From: Bacteroidales bacterium UBA1402
GTDB lineage: Bacteria; Bacteroidota; Bacteroidia; Bacteroidales; UBA1402
Length of the DNA stretch: 64,000 nt
Reading direction: 5' to 3'
NCBI GenBank assembly: GCA_002305085.1
Contig: DBQE01000018.1
Location: 1,552-65,551, forward strand
Of this stretch, positions 1 through 11,930 are shown one piece after another. Every line of letters starts with the position of its first letter. Position 1 is the stretch's first letter. Both the position numbers and the translations under genes were made by a program. The notes below the pieces were generated by a model. The model ran no database searches. It was not told the DNA's origin and worked only from the letters and a program-made list of their open reading frames with translations.

Positions 1-1
1 G

Positions 2-541
2 TTGTTGATTGAAGCATGTCTAAAAGGAGATGCCAAAGCACAGAAGGAGTTGTATGAGCAATACGCACGAAAAATGATGCCCATATGTCTCCGGTATTCA
101 AACGATTATGAGACAGCCAAAGACCTATTGCACGACGGATTTGTGCGGGTATTTACCTATTTGGGCGATTACAAGGGCGAGGGCTCATTCGAGGGCTGGA
201 TGCGAAGGATCTTTGTCAATACTGCATTGGAATATCTGAGAAAATTCAAGGATAAACCGCATTTGATGAACATTGAGGATGCTTATATGTTGGAGAGCAA
301 TGAACACTCTGTGTTGGAAAAGATGACAGAGGCTGAAATAATCGCTTGCATTCAGGAATTGCCGACCATGTACCGCAGTGTGTTCAACATGTTTGTTATA
401 GAAGGTTATTCCCACAGAGAAATTGGAGAATTACTAAAGATTACAGAAAGCTCCTCCAGAGTTTACCTGACCAGAGCAAAACAACTAATGCAGTCGATGT
501 TGATTAAGAGATATGGAAAAAATGAACGATACAGAATATAG
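2..541 (+). CDS. ECF-type RNA polymerase sigma-70 factor (N-terminus probably cut by window edge)
   Basis: 179-aa ORF open to the window start. Region-2-like DLLHDGFVRVF and region-4 HTH-like YSHREIGELLKITESSSRVYLTRAKQ. Overlaps the next ORF by 29 nt. Confidence 0.85.
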   Translation: MLIEACLKGDAKAQKELYEQYARKMMPICLRYSNDYETAKDLLHDGFVRVFTYLGDYKGEGSFEGWMRRIFVNTALEYLRKFKDKPHLMNIEDAYMLESNEHSVLEKMTEAEIIACIQELPTMYRSVFNMFVIEGYSHREIGELLKITESSSRVYLTRAKQLMQSMLIKRYGKNERYRI

Positions 542-1844
542 GCGCTATTTTCAGCAACGTTTGTCGAATTACGAAAGCGACGAGGTGCCGGAATTTGATC
601 AGCTTTTTTCCAAGGCTGATTTGGCTCTTGTACCGGCAAAATCGGGCGGTTTCCGGTTATGGCCTGTTGTACTCAGCGTTGCATCGGCCGCTGCCGTTGT
701 CGCTTTATTGCTGATTCTGTGGCCAGTGGGTAAAGACTCAGATTACTACAGTTATGAAGACTACCGGGAGTCCTTTTCACTTCCCGATGTTTCCTCTTTG
801 GAGATCAAAAGTAAAATTCAGGCTTACGATGAGCCGATACTATTGGCAATTTCTGCTCTGCCGGATAATTCAGACAAGCATACAGTACGACGTTTCGAAA
901 CCATAGGTGTTCAGATTCCCGCGTCGCCCGTAAACACCGGTTCCGAGGGTGTTTTATCCGAAAATGCCGGTGATGGACAGGAAGCAGCTAATGCAGAAAC
1001 ACAGCAGGAACAGGTATCGACCGGGCGTAGTCAGGTAAGTGAAATGATCCATCAAACCACTTACGAACGAAGTGTTCAGGAGGCGCACAGGTTGGCGGCC
1101 GAAAATGCCCGGCAGCGTAAGAGAATCTTCAGGCCTCGTTTGGGTGTTGCCATTAATCAAAATAACGGTTTGTTGGCTTCGGTCAGCCCCAATAGTTATC
1201 AATCGATGGCAGCCTCGTTTGCCAACGATTATCAGAACGCCTATTCTGTGTTGAATGCCGCCAGCCTCATGCGCAGCGGAGAAGTTGATCCCAATGCTTG
1301 GGAAAAACCGGGTAATCTGGACATGCCTGTGGTGGAGAAACCCAACTATCATTTCCCGCTCAATTTATCCCTCAGTGTTTCGCTGCCCTTGTCCTCCAGG
1401 CTGGAATTGCAGACAGGACTAAGTTATTCCTACTTATCGGCTACGACGGAGGGAGAGACAAATCTGTATAATTTTACCCTGTTTCAGGAACTTCATTATT
1501 TGGGAGTACCTTTGAGAATTGCCTACCGGATGATCGACAGCGATCGTTTTGGGATGTATGCCTCGCTGGGAGGTAGCGTAGAGAAAGGTTTGGTCGGCAA
1601 GCAAAAAAACACTGTTGTTACGGCCGATAACAGAAGAGATGTATGGACAGGGCAACAATCCGTACATGGCATACAGCCCATAGCGAGTGCTCAGTTGGGC
1701 TTTGATTATGCTTTGAATCCCAAATTGCAGTTATATCTTGAACCGGGAGTTGTTTATTATTTCGATACAGACCAGCCTCTGAGTATACGTACTAAAACTC
1801 CCCTTTTCTTCAATTTAGGCCTGGGTCTGCGTTACCGCATCTGA
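513..1844 (+). CDS. Sigma-factor-coupled membrane protein with a single TM/signal-anchor segment and a C-terminal porin-type (OMP_b-brl_2/PorT-like) beta-barrel; putative anti-sigma partner
   Basis: 443 aa. Charged N-terminus of ~50 aa, hydrophobic helix WPVVLSVASAAAVVALLLILWPV, Q/E/S-rich linker. The last ~160 aa show alternating-hydrophobic strands (YLGVPLRIAYR, LGFDYAL, FFNLGLGLRYRI) typical of OM beta-barrels. Confidence 0.6.
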   Translation: MEKMNDTEYRRYFQQRLSNYESDEVPEFDQLFSKADLALVPAKSGGFRLWPVVLSVASAAAVVALLLILWPVGKDSDYYSYEDYRESFSLPDVSSLEIKSKIQAYDEPILLAISALPDNSDKHTVRRFETIGVQIPASPVNTGSEGVLSENAGDGQEAANAETQQEQVSTGRSQVSEMIHQTTYERSVQEAHRLAAENARQRKRIFRPRLGVAINQNNGLLASVSPNSYQSMAASFANDYQNAYSVLNAASLMRSGEVDPNAWEKPGNLDMPVVEKPNYHFPLNLSLSVSLPLSSRLELQTGLSYSYLSATTEGETNLYNFTLFQELHYLGVPLRIAYRMIDSDRFGMYASLGGSVEKGLVGKQKNTVVTADNRRDVWTGQQSVHGIQPIASAQLGFDYALNPKLQLYLEPGVVYYFDTDQPLSIRTKTPLFFNLGLGLRYRI

Positions 1845-1907
1845 TTTTTCCCCTTTTTCTGTTTTGAGCGTAAGAAATATTGTGTACTTTTACGCCGTTT
1901 TTTATAA

Positions 1908-1978
1908 TGCTCCGTTGTGTAATGGTAGCACTACAGATTCTGGATCTGTCTGTCTGGGTTCGAATCCTAGCGGAGCAA
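1908..1978 (+). tRNA. tRNA-Gln (anticodon CTG)
   Basis: Cloverleaf folded by hand. Acceptor TGCTCCG/CGGAGCA (U1:A72), D stem GTGT/GCAC, anticodon stem ACAGA/TCTGT with loop TTCTGGA, T arm CTGGG-TTCGAAT-CCTAG. CCA is not encoded. Confidence 0.9.
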
Positions 1979-1988
1979 CAAATTCACC

Positions 1989-2795
1989 ATGAAGCCCATT
2001 CGACATCTGCTCTTTTGCCTGGTTTTGATTAGCTGGCAACTCAAGGCTCAAAAACAGGATACCATTTACATCACTACCAGCCTTGGTACGATGAAGGCTG
2101 TTTTTTATGATGACGTACCCCGGCATAGGTCTATGTACACAGAACGTATTAAATACGAGGCTTTTGACGGCACACTTTTTTTTAGAGTGGTGCCGAATTT
2201 TATTATACAGGGGGGATCTCCCGATTCCCGCAATGCAGCTCCCGGAGAACGTGTAGGCCAGGGCAGTAATCAGTTTTTGCTTAAACCCGAATTTCGTCCA
2301 GCCCATTTTGCCCGTAAAGGTGCCATTGCAGCTCCAAGACAGCCGGACAGTATGAATCCCGAAAAAGAATCCGATTGCAGCCAATTTTTTATAGTTAAAG
2401 GCAGAGTGTATACCGGAGGTTATCTGGATAGCCTGGAAATGCAACGCAACAATCCCTTAAAAAATGCCTGGTGGGCAGCTAATTACACGCCTCATAAGGC
2501 AGAAATGGATAGCCTAAGGAAAGTCGATCCCCGTCAATTCAATCAACGGCTCAGAGCCTATCGTGCCGAAATGGATTCTGCTTTGCGTAATAATCCCCAG
2601 GCACTCTTCTTCTCGGAAGAACAGCGCACAATCCTCACTACGCTTGGAGGAGAACTCAGCCTGGATATGCAGTATACTTTTTTTGCCGAAGTTGTAGAAG
2701 GTCTGGAAGTTATAGATAAAATAGCAGCGCTCAAAACAGATGCTTATGAACGCCCTCTTCAAGACGTGGTAATTCATTCAGTTCGCATTAAATAA
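1989..2795 (+). CDS. Peptidyl-prolyl cis-trans isomerase, cyclophilin type, secreted
   Basis: 268 aa. Signal peptide MKPIRHLLFCLVLISWQLKAQ. Cyclophilin core motif FFRVVPNFIIQGGSPD and SQFFIV. Confidence 0.8.
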   Translation: MKPIRHLLFCLVLISWQLKAQKQDTIYITTSLGTMKAVFYDDVPRHRSMYTERIKYEAFDGTLFFRVVPNFIIQGGSPDSRNAAPGERVGQGSNQFLLKPEFRPAHFARKGAIAAPRQPDSMNPEKESDCSQFFIVKGRVYTGGYLDSLEMQRNNPLKNAWWAANYTPHKAEMDSLRKVDPRQFNQRLRAYRAEMDSALRNNPQALFFSEEQRTILTTLGGELSLDMQYTFFAEVVEGLEVIDKIAALKTDAYERPLQDVVIHSVRIK

Positions 2796-2805
2796 AACCG
2801 GCTTT

Positions 2806-3966
2806 ATGATTACAACTATTGTAATAGCCCTGTTTTATCTTTTTGTACCGGCCATAGTGTTGCGTTTGTGTCATCTGTCCAAAATGGCTGATAAAATTGG
2901 AGCAGTGCTGATTTGCTATTTGGTAGGTATGGTTTTTGGAGCTCTGGTTATTAATGATGAGCGTTATGCCATTCCCGATACCATTTCTACCATAATGATA
3001 CCCCTGGCTTTGCCCATGTTGTTGTTTGAGGTCAACATCCGGAATTGGAGCAAGATGGCCGGCAAGGCCTTTCTTTCAATGCTGGCCGGAGTCTTTGGCC
3101 TGGTTATTGCAGTTGTGCTCGGTTATTTTTTGTTCAGGGAATCTGTACCGGAAACGGCAAAAGTGAGCGGAATGTTGGCCGGGGTCTATACGGGGGGAAC
3201 TCCCAATCTGGCTTCCATTAAAACAGCTTTGGGAGTCCCCGAAGATTTATATATTGCTGTCAATACGGTGGATATGCTTATCAGTGCAGCATATTTGCTC
3301 TTTTTGCTTTCTTATGCCAAGCCTTTGCTGAGCAAAATACTTCCTCCGTATCAAGCAAAACACGGAGCACAACAAATCGAAACCAACTCTTTACTGCAGG
3401 AAGAACCAAAATTGGCCTTGATCCCCTGGCTCAAAAAAGTAAAAACTCGTCATATTTTGGCTGCTTTCGGAGTGACTTTGCTCTGTGCGGCCGGTGGTGC
3501 CGGTTTGGGATTACTGGTCAAGAATCCGGCTTACCAGATGGCCGTTATTATATTGTCCATCACCACCCTGGGTATTATTGCGGCTAATTTAAAACCGGTA
3601 AAGAAGATTCAAGGCAGTTTTGATACCGGTATGTACCTGATTTTGATTTTTAGTGTCGCTGTAGCCAGTATGGCCGATTTTGGCGACATTTCATCGAAAC
3701 TTTTGCCTCTGATCGGTTTATTGAGTTTCGTGATTTTTGGCTCTATGCTATTGCACCTGTTGATGTGCAAGTTGCTTCGTATTGATACCGACACAGCCAT
3801 GGTGACATCAGTGGCATTGGTGTGTTCACCTCCCTTTGTGCCGGTGGTATGCGGAGCAATAAAAAACCGTGAAGTAATGATTTCCGGGATTACCGTGGGC
3901 GTAGTCGGCTATGCCCTCGGGAATTACCTGGGCATAGCCATCGCCTATTTTTTACAGGGTATTTGA
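2806..3966 (+). CDS. Polytopic integral membrane protein (DUF819-like putative transporter)
   Basis: 386 aa with ~10 hydrophobic segments and motif AGVYTGGTPNLASIK. The family assignment is from memory only. Confidence 0.5.
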   Translation: MITTIVIALFYLFVPAIVLRLCHLSKMADKIGAVLICYLVGMVFGALVINDERYAIPDTISTIMIPLALPMLLFEVNIRNWSKMAGKAFLSMLAGVFGLVIAVVLGYFLFRESVPETAKVSGMLAGVYTGGTPNLASIKTALGVPEDLYIAVNTVDMLISAAYLLFLLSYAKPLLSKILPPYQAKHGAQQIETNSLLQEEPKLALIPWLKKVKTRHILAAFGVTLLCAAGGAGLGLLVKNPAYQMAVIILSITTLGIIAANLKPVKKIQGSFDTGMYLILIFSVAVASMADFGDISSKLLPLIGLLSFVIFGSMLLHLLMCKLLRIDTDTAMVTSVALVCSPPFVPVVCGAIKNREVMISGITVGVVGYALGNYLGIAIAYFLQGI

Positions 3967-3971
3967 TTGTT

Positions 3972-5936
<1,965 letters not shown>

Positions 5937-5981
5937 TTATATTAAGTCAACCGGTCGCGAAAAGCGACCGCAAAAAACGAA

Positions 5982-5989
5982 CAAATGTA
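5982..5989 (-). promoter_or_regulatory. Bacteroidota -7 box (TACATTTG) upstream of gyrB; a 7-bp hairpin (5952-5970) lies in the predicted 5' leader
   Basis: Plus strand reads CAAATGTA, i.e. TAnnTTTG on the minus strand, 52 nt upstream of the gyrB ATG. CGGTCGC-GAAAA-GCGACCG hairpin lies between the box and the ATG. Confidence 0.4.
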
Positions 5990-6086
5990 GCGAAAATCCC
6001 AAAAACCACCAAGAAACGGAATGTGTTTTTTAATGCTATTCGTGAAGAAAATACCGGTAAAATTTGGATTTTTAGGAACCTTGGCT

Positions 6087-6094
6087 TATCTTTG
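6087..6094 (+). promoter_or_regulatory. Bacteroidota -7 box (TATCTTTG) for initiator tRNA, with TTTG -33-like element at 6063-6066
   Basis: Exact TAnnTTTG match 13 nt before the tRNA 5' end. TTTG lies 20 nt upstream. Confidence 0.5.
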
Positions 6095-6106
6095 CATCCA
6101 CAAAAT

Positions 6107-6178
<72 letters not shown>

Positions 6179-6189
6179 CTAGGTCAGAG

Positions 6190-6216
6190 GGGCTGTTTGA
6201 AAACAGCCCTTTTTTT
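6190..6216 (+). terminator. Rho-independent terminator after tRNA-fMet
   Basis: 8-bp stem GGGCTGTT/AACAGCCC, 4-nt loop, followed by T7. Confidence 0.75.
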
Positions 6217-6269
6217 CGGACATTTACCTTGGACATTTGCCCCTATTAAATCCCTAAAGAATTCCGCTC

Positions 6270-7637
6270 ATGGCCAAAGCTAAAACCATCTTTTTATGCA
6301 GCAATTGCGGTTCCGATTTCCCAAAATGGATGGGGAAATGTCCTGTTTGCGGGGAGTGGGGCAGTATTAATGAAGAAATAATTCATCGCGACGCGACATC
6401 AAAACAACTGACTTCTCAGTTTAATGCTGAAAAATCCCAACCTCAACTTCTGGCCGAAGTAGAATTTAATCACGAAGCGCGTATAAGTACCGGAGGCCCG
6501 GAGCTGGACCGGGTACTGGGCGGAGGCCTGGTTCAGGGGTCTGTTGTCTTGTTGGGGGGAGAACCCGGCATCGGCAAATCAACTCTGGTACTCCAAACAG
6601 CCATCAAGATGACACACAAACGTGTTTTGTATGTGTCGGGTGAAGAGAGCTTGCAGCAGATCAAGATGCGGGCTGAACGCATCAAAGGCGATAATCCCCA
6701 GGCCTATTTTCTTGCAGAAACCTCCCTAGAAAATATTTTTGAGCAGATCAGCCGGCTTAAACCAGAATTACTGATTATTGATTCCATTCAGACCTTAAGC
6801 ACTGAGGTGGCTGATTCTTCACCCGGCAGCGTTACCCAGGTGAGGGAATGTGCAACAGCGTTGCTTAAGGTGGCCAAGACTTTGGGCATGCCGATCGTTT
6901 TGATCGGTCATATCAACAAAGAAGGCAGTTTGGCAGGGCCCAAAGTGTTGGAACATATAGTAGATACCGTTTTGCTTTTCGAAGGCGATACTCACCATCT
7001 TTACCGTATTTTACGCTCAGTAAAAAACCGTTTTGGCAGCATTGCCGAGATCGGCATGTATGAAATGCGCAGCGATGGTTTGCGAGAAGTAACCAATCCA
7101 TCGGAACTTTTACTGTCACAGCATCAGGACGGCCTGAGTGGGGTGGCCATTGCTGCCGCCATCGAAGGCATTCGCCCTTTCCTGATTGAAACTCAGGCCC
7201 TGGTAAGTACGGCGGCTTACGGCACTCCGCAACGTTCCACTACCGGTTTCGATCTTAGGCGGCTCAATATGTTGTTGGCCGTACTCGAAAAAAGAGCCGG
7301 TTTTAAAATCGCTCAAAAGGATGTCTTTCTTAATATTGCAGGGGGCATTAGAGTGAACGATCCGGCCATTGATTTGTCTGTGATTGCTGCCATATTATCG
7401 TCCAATTTGAACCTTTCCATCGGGAATAAAGTCTGTTTGGCCGGCGAGGTGGGCCTGGCTGGTGAGATCAGGCCGATCAACCGCTTGGAGCAGCGTATTA
7501 TGGAAGCTCAAAAGTTGGGTTTTGAGCAAATTATTGTTCCGGATTTCTCTGAATCTGCAACAGACTTGCGACGTTTCAAAATCCGCATAGACAAGGTGCG
7601 CAAGGTAGAAGAATCTTTCCGCCTGCTATTTGGTTGA
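6270..7637 (+). CDS. radA: DNA repair protein RadA/Sms
   Basis: 455 aa. N-terminal zinc ribbon CSNCGSDFPKWMGKCPVCGEW, Walker A GGEPGIGKST, KNRFG motif, Lon-like C-terminal domain. Confidence 0.92.
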   Translation: MAKAKTIFLCSNCGSDFPKWMGKCPVCGEWGSINEEIIHRDATSKQLTSQFNAEKSQPQLLAEVEFNHEARISTGGPELDRVLGGGLVQGSVVLLGGEPGIGKSTLVLQTAIKMTHKRVLYVSGEESLQQIKMRAERIKGDNPQAYFLAETSLENIFEQISRLKPELLIIDSIQTLSTEVADSSPGSVTQVRECATALLKVAKTLGMPIVLIGHINKEGSLAGPKVLEHIVDTVLLFEGDTHHLYRILRSVKNRFGSIAEIGMYEMRSDGLREVTNPSELLLSQHQDGLSGVAIAAAIEGIRPFLIETQALVSTAAYGTPQRSTTGFDLRRLNMLLAVLEKRAGFKIAQKDVFLNIAGGIRVNDPAIDLSVIAAILSSNLNLSIGNKVCLAGEVGLAGEIRPINRLEQRIMEAQKLGFEQIIVPDFSESATDLRRFKIRIDKVRKVEESFRLLFG

Positions 7638-7734
7638 GGCACTTGGAGAGCGTTGTGTTGAAGCTTTGCCGGCTTATTTGATGAAATAAAAAATAGACTT
7701 AATTTTACCACCCAATTTTTTAAACAATACAAGA

Positions 7735-8310
7735 ATGAAAGAACAGCGGATGATCGGTTCCAGGATTAAAGGAATGCGCGAATCAAAATCAATTAGTATC
7801 GAAGTCTTTTCGGAACGTTCAGGCTTGAGCGTGGAGCAAATTCAGCTTATAGAAAGCAACAGTCAGATACCTTCGCTGGCACCTCTGGTTAAAATGGCCA
7901 GAGCGCTGGGGGTACGTTTGGGGACCTTTCTCGACGACAACGAAGACCTGGGACCCGTGGTCAGCCGCAAAGAAGATCAGCCGGCCGGCATAAGTTTCTC
8001 GAGCAATACGGCAAGTTCCCACAACGATTTGCAATTCTTCTCGCTGGCTCAAAAAAAAGCCGGACGCAGTATGGAGCCTTTTATTATTGACATTCAATCG
8101 TCCACCCAAAACGGTTACGCTCTTTCTTCTCACGAAGGAGAAGAATTTATTTATGTACTTGAGGGAGAGATAGAAATTTTTTATGGTAAAAGAGTGTTTA
8201 AGCTCTCTCAGGGCGACAGCATTTACTACGATTCCATCGTAGATCATAATGTTCATGCTGCCAACAATTCAGAGGCCCGGATTCTGGCCGTAGTTTATAC
8301 CCCTTTCTGA
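7735..8310 (+). CDS. XRE-family HTH transcriptional regulator with C-terminal cupin domain
   Basis: 191 aa. N-terminal HTH ([34 protein letters not shown]). C-terminal cupin-like [15 protein letters not shown]...GDSIYYDS..H. Confidence 0.8.
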   Translation: MKEQRMIGSRIKGMRESKSISIEVFSERSGLSVEQIQLIESNSQIPSLAPLVKMARALGVRLGTFLDDNEDLGPVVSRKEDQPAGISFSSNTASSHNDLQFFSLAQKKAGRSMEPFIIDIQSSTQNGYALSSHEGEEFIYVLEGEIEIFYGKRVFKLSQGDSIYYDSIVDHNVHAANNSEARILAVVYTPF

Positions 8311-8311
8311 T

Positions 8312-9955
8312 ATGGAATTAAGTAATCGTACCGTAGGAGAGTTCCTGGAACACTGGGCAACAACCACCCCCGATCGTGAGTACCTGATCTATTCCGACCG
8401 AGACTTGCGTTTTACCTACAAGCAGTTTAATCAACGAGTAGATAATATGGCCAAAGGCCTGATGGCCATTGGTGTCAGAAGAGGATCGCATATAGGCATT
8501 TGGGCTACCAATGTCCCCGATTGGCTGACTTTTTTTTATGCTTCGGCCAAACTGGGAGCGGTGCTGGTCACCGTCAACACCAATTATAAGCAGCATGAAC
8601 TGGAATATCTGGTCGAAGACTCCGATATAGAGACCTTGTGCATCACCGAAGGTGTGTTCGACGGCAATTACGTGGACATGGTCAATACCATGCTGCCGGA
8701 ACTCAAAACTTCGCAGAGGGGCCATTTGCAAAGCAACCGTTTCCCTAAATTGAAAAACATTGTTTACATCGGCCAGGAAAAATACCGGGGCATGTTCAAT
8801 ACGGCAGAATTATTGTTGCTGGGCCAAAACATTGACGACGACGAACTGAATGAAATCAAGCGCAGCGTAAACTGCCACGATGTGGTGAACATGCAATATA
8901 CTTCGGGAACTACGGGTTTTCCCAAAGGAGTAATGCTTACGCACCACAACATTGTGAACAACGGCTATTTTACCGGCGAGCATATGGCTTTTACATCTGA
9001 AGATAAGCTCTGTGTGCCGGTGCCGCTTTTCCATTGTTTTGGAGTGGTATTGGCCACCATGAACGTATTGACCCACGGTTGCACTCAGGTGATGGTGGAA
9101 CGATTCGATCCCCTGGTGGTGCTGGCATCCGTTCAAAAGGAACGTTGCACGGCTCTGTATGGAGTGCCCACTATGTTTATCGCTATTTTGGATCACCCGA
9201 TGTTCGAGATGTTTGATGTTACCTCGCTGCGCACAGGCATCATGGCTGGTTCCTTGTGTCCGGTTGAATTGATGCGCAGAGTAACCGACAAGCTGCATAT
9301 CACCCATATCACCAGCGTGTACGGACTTACCGAGAGTTCGCCGGGCATGACCCAGACCACAGTAAACGATTCGTTCGAAATACGCTGTACCACTGTTGGT
9401 CGCAGTTACCCTTTTACCGAAGTAAAAGTGGTAGATCCCGAAACCGGCAAGGAATGTCCTCCCGGCGTACAGGGTGAGATTTGTTGCAGAGGTTATCTGT
9501 TGATGAAGGGTTATTACAAAAATCCTCAGGCTACGGCGGAAGTAATCGACAAGGACGGCTTCCTGCACTCGGGCGATTTGGGAATAGTCGATGAAAACGG
9601 TTATTATCGCATTACCGGCCGTATTAAGGATATGATTATCCGTGGCGGTGAAAATATTTATCCTCGTGAAATTGAGGAGTTTCTCTATCACCTCGAAGGG
9701 ATCAAAGACGTTCAGGTGGCCGGCATTCCTTCCGAAAAATACGGCGAAGAAGTCGGAGCATTCATTATTCTGCACGAAGGTGTCAGTATGGACGAAGAGT
9801 ATGTCAGGGAATTTTGCCGTGGCAAGATTGCCCGTCATAAGATTCCCAAATACGTCTTTTTTGTCGACAGCTTCCCAATGACCGGCAGCGGTAAGATCCA
9901 AAAGTTTAAACTCAAGGATGTGGGTTTAAAACTGCTCGAAAAGCGGGGTGATTAA
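8312..9955 (+). CDS. AMP-dependent acyl-CoA synthetase/ligase
   Basis: 547 aa. AMP-binding signature [27 protein letters not shown]...[17 protein letters not shown]-terminal SGKIQKF. Confidence 0.88.
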   Translation: MELSNRTVGEFLEHWATTTPDREYLIYSDRDLRFTYKQFNQRVDNMAKGLMAIGVRRGSHIGIWATNVPDWLTFFYASAKLGAVLVTVNTNYKQHELEYLVEDSDIETLCITEGVFDGNYVDMVNTMLPELKTSQRGHLQSNRFPKLKNIVYIGQEKYRGMFNTAELLLLGQNIDDDELNEIKRSVNCHDVVNMQYTSGTTGFPKGVMLTHHNIVNNGYFTGEHMAFTSEDKLCVPVPLFHCFGVVLATMNVLTHGCTQVMVERFDPLVVLASVQKERCTALYGVPTMFIAILDHPMFEMFDVTSLRTGIMAGSLCPVELMRRVTDKLHITHITSVYGLTESSPGMTQTTVNDSFEIRCTTVGRSYPFTEVKVVDPETGKECPPGVQGEICCRGYLLMKGYYKNPQATAEVIDKDGFLHSGDLGIVDENGYYRITGRIKDMIIRGGENIYPREIEEFLYHLEGIKDVQVAGIPSEKYGEEVGAFIILHEGVSMDEEYVREFCRGKIARHKIPKYVFFVDSFPMTGSGKIQKFKLKDVGLKLLEKRGD

Positions 9956-10860
9956 GCAGGTTTGTTACGTCTTCTCAGGAAAACCAGGGCAAGGCCGAGG
10001 ATTAACCAGACCGGCCAGATTTTAAAGAGGAAAATCACAGTGTCCACTACTCCATACCAACCTTTGGTGAGAGCTTGTTTCAGTTTCTCACCAAAGCGGT
10101 CGCGTTGTTCGGGTTTGTATTGGAAATCTTTTTGCTCGGTGAGCGTTAGTTGCAGACTGCTGTAATCCACTTGATCGCTTAGGTATTTGAGCCGGCCGGT
10201 GGTGCTTTCGATTTCTTCTTCGAGCCCCCGGATTTCTTCCTGAATCTGCAGGATATCTTTAACGGTTTTGGCCTCTTTGAGTAAGTCCTTGTAACGACTC
10301 AAGTAATTGCGTTTGTTTTGTAGACGGGTTTCCAGATCGATAAACTGGTCGGTTACATCCCGGGCTTGAATGTCTTTGTTGAGTATTTCTCCATAACCAC
10401 CCTTTTCGAGGCAGAGTATAAAATCATCAAAAGCGGCAGCGGGAATCCGCAACCTCAGGTAAAAAGTGGCCTCCCGTTCGTTGTTGTTGAAGTTTTCGCT
10501 GGCGTAATAAGCCCCAAATGGAAGCAAAAGGCTGTCCACTTCGGTTTTGGCTGCCTGAGCCGATTTTGCCTTGATGGTCATGTGGCCGTCTCGAATGATT
10601 TTCTTCTTGTCTGTTGCTTCCGATCCTTGTTTTACAGCCTCATCGGTGATAGTGCTTTCGGAAGCCGCAACGTTGCCTGCCGCGTAGGTCTGAGCACCTG
10701 CCACACGCCCTTTGAACTTGAGATCTTCTCTTGATTCAAAGGAAACGTCTTCCATCATTAATATTTCGTTATCTGCAACAAGGTAGTTGTCTTTTTGTTG
10801 ACATGCTCCAAGCAGTCCCGGCAACAGGAGCAGAAAAAGAATGTTCTTTATATGATTCAT
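9952..10860 (-). CDS. DUF4349-like lipoprotein (coiled coil plus C-terminal TM segment)
   Basis: 302 aa. Lipobox LLGAC, central coiled coil ([43 protein letters not shown]), C-terminal hydrophobic helix. The stop overlaps the convergent acyl-CoA ligase stop within TTAA. Confidence 0.6.
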   Translation of the reverse strand: MNHIKNILFLLLLPGLLGACQQKDNYLVADNEILMMEDVSFESREDLKFKGRVAGAQTYAAGNVAASESTITDEAVKQGSEATDKKKIIRDGHMTIKAKSAQAAKTEVDSLLLPFGAYYASENFNNNEREATFYLRLRIPAAAFDDFILCLEKGGYGEILNKDIQARDVTDQFIDLETRLQNKRNYLSRYKDLLKEAKTVKDILQIQEEIRGLEEEIESTTGRLKYLSDQVDYSSLQLTLTEQKDFQYKPEQRDRFGEKLKQALTKGWYGVVDTVIFLFKIWPVWLILGLALVFLRRRNKPA

Positions 10861-11864
10861 TTCTTTTCGGGGAATACCAAGTTGATTTTACTTAATTCGG
10901 TATCGATAATACGAAGTTCGTCGGGGCTGAGTTTCAGCATGCCTGCCCGGGCGTTTTCGGTAGCCTGGGCTACGTTCCTGGCGCCGGCCAAAGCAACGGT
11001 GATGCCCGGCTGTTCAACGGTCCAGCGCAATACTACCTGACTCAGGCTGGCCTTGTGCGCTTCGGCAATGGGGCGGATCCTGTTGAGGAAGTTGTTGACC
11101 TGCACGATGTTTTCGTCCAGATACCAGGCCTGGCCAGTGCGGCTGTCGTTAGGATCAAATTGCTGGCCGGGTTTCATTTTGCCGGTAAGCAATCCCCGTT
11201 GTAAAGGGCTGTAAGCCAAAATGCCCTTGTTATGCTTAATGCAATAAGGTACAGTTTCATCCTCTATCCCCCGGCGCAGCATGCTGTACGGCAACTGATC
11301 CGATGCCAGGTCGATAAAGGCAGCCGCTTCTTCCATTTGGTCGGCAGAATAATTGCAAACACCGGCATAACGCACTTTTCCTTGTTCCATGAGGCGGCTG
11401 ACGGCTTCCATGCTTTCGCCCACGGGAGTGGTGGGATCGTACCAGTGTATCTGATAGAGATCTATGTAATCGGTGCCCAGCAATTTAAGGCTGGTTTCGC
11501 ATTCCTGAATAATATTCTCTTTACGGGCATTGCGGTAAATGTGTACCGTTTTTCCCTCGTTGCTGACGCTGTCAAAATAGTACTCGCCTTCGGTCGTATC
11601 CCAGCGCAGACCGTATTTAGTCAGGATTTGTACTTTGTCGCGAGGAAGACCCTTGATGGCCTCTCCCACCAGTTGTTCGCTGTAGCCCATACCGTAAACG
11701 GGAGCCGTGTCTATGCTGGTTACGCCCATATCGTACGAAGCGCGGATGGCGTTGACCGCATCGTTCTGTTTGGTGCCTCCCCACATCATACCCCCGGCGG
11801 CCCAGGCTCCAAAAGTAATGACCGAGAGTTCCAGATCTGTTTTCCCAATTTTTCTGTATTCCAT
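10857..11864 (-). CDS. Aldo/keto reductase family oxidoreductase
   Basis: 335 aa. ELSVITFGAWA, IDTAPVYG, DLYQIHW motifs. ATGA overlap with the downstream DUF4349 gene. Confidence 0.85.
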   Translation of the reverse strand: MEYRKIGKTDLELSVITFGAWAAGGMMWGGTKQNDAVNAIRASYDMGVTSIDTAPVYGMGYSEQLVGEAIKGLPRDKVQILTKYGLRWDTTEGEYYFDSVSNEGKTVHIYRNARKENIIQECETSLKLLGTDYIDLYQIHWYDPTTPVGESMEAVSRLMEQGKVRYAGVCNYSADQMEEAAAFIDLASDQLPYSMLRRGIEDETVPYCIKHNKGILAYSPLQRGLLTGKMKPGQQFDPNDSRTGQAWYLDENIVQVNNFLNRIRPIAEAHKASLSQVVLRWTVEQPGITVALAGARNVAQATENARAGMLKLSPDELRIIDTELSKINLVFPEKK

Positions 11865-11916
11865 AGTGATTTTGTTTTGTTGCCCTCAAAGATATAATTT
11901 TATTCCGGCCTATCAT

Positions 11917-11924
11917 TATCTTTG
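11917..11924 (+). promoter_or_regulatory. Bacteroidota -7 box (TATCTTTG) 7 nt before the exonuclease-relic ATG and ~155 nt before the pectate lyase ATG
   Basis: Exact TAnnTTTG match in the AKR/pectate-lyase divergent intergenic region. Confidence 0.4.
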
Positions 11925-11930
11925 TAAAGT

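Noticed and set aside
1902-2444. A 180-aa minus-strand ORF spanning tRNA-Gln and the cyclophilin gene.
   Set aside because: It overlaps a cleanly folding tRNA and a motif-supported CDS on the opposite strand.
8810-9901. A 363-aa minus-strand ORF inside the acyl-CoA ligase gene.
   Set aside because: It is antisense to a CDS with clear AMP-binding signatures, and its translation has no recognisable features.
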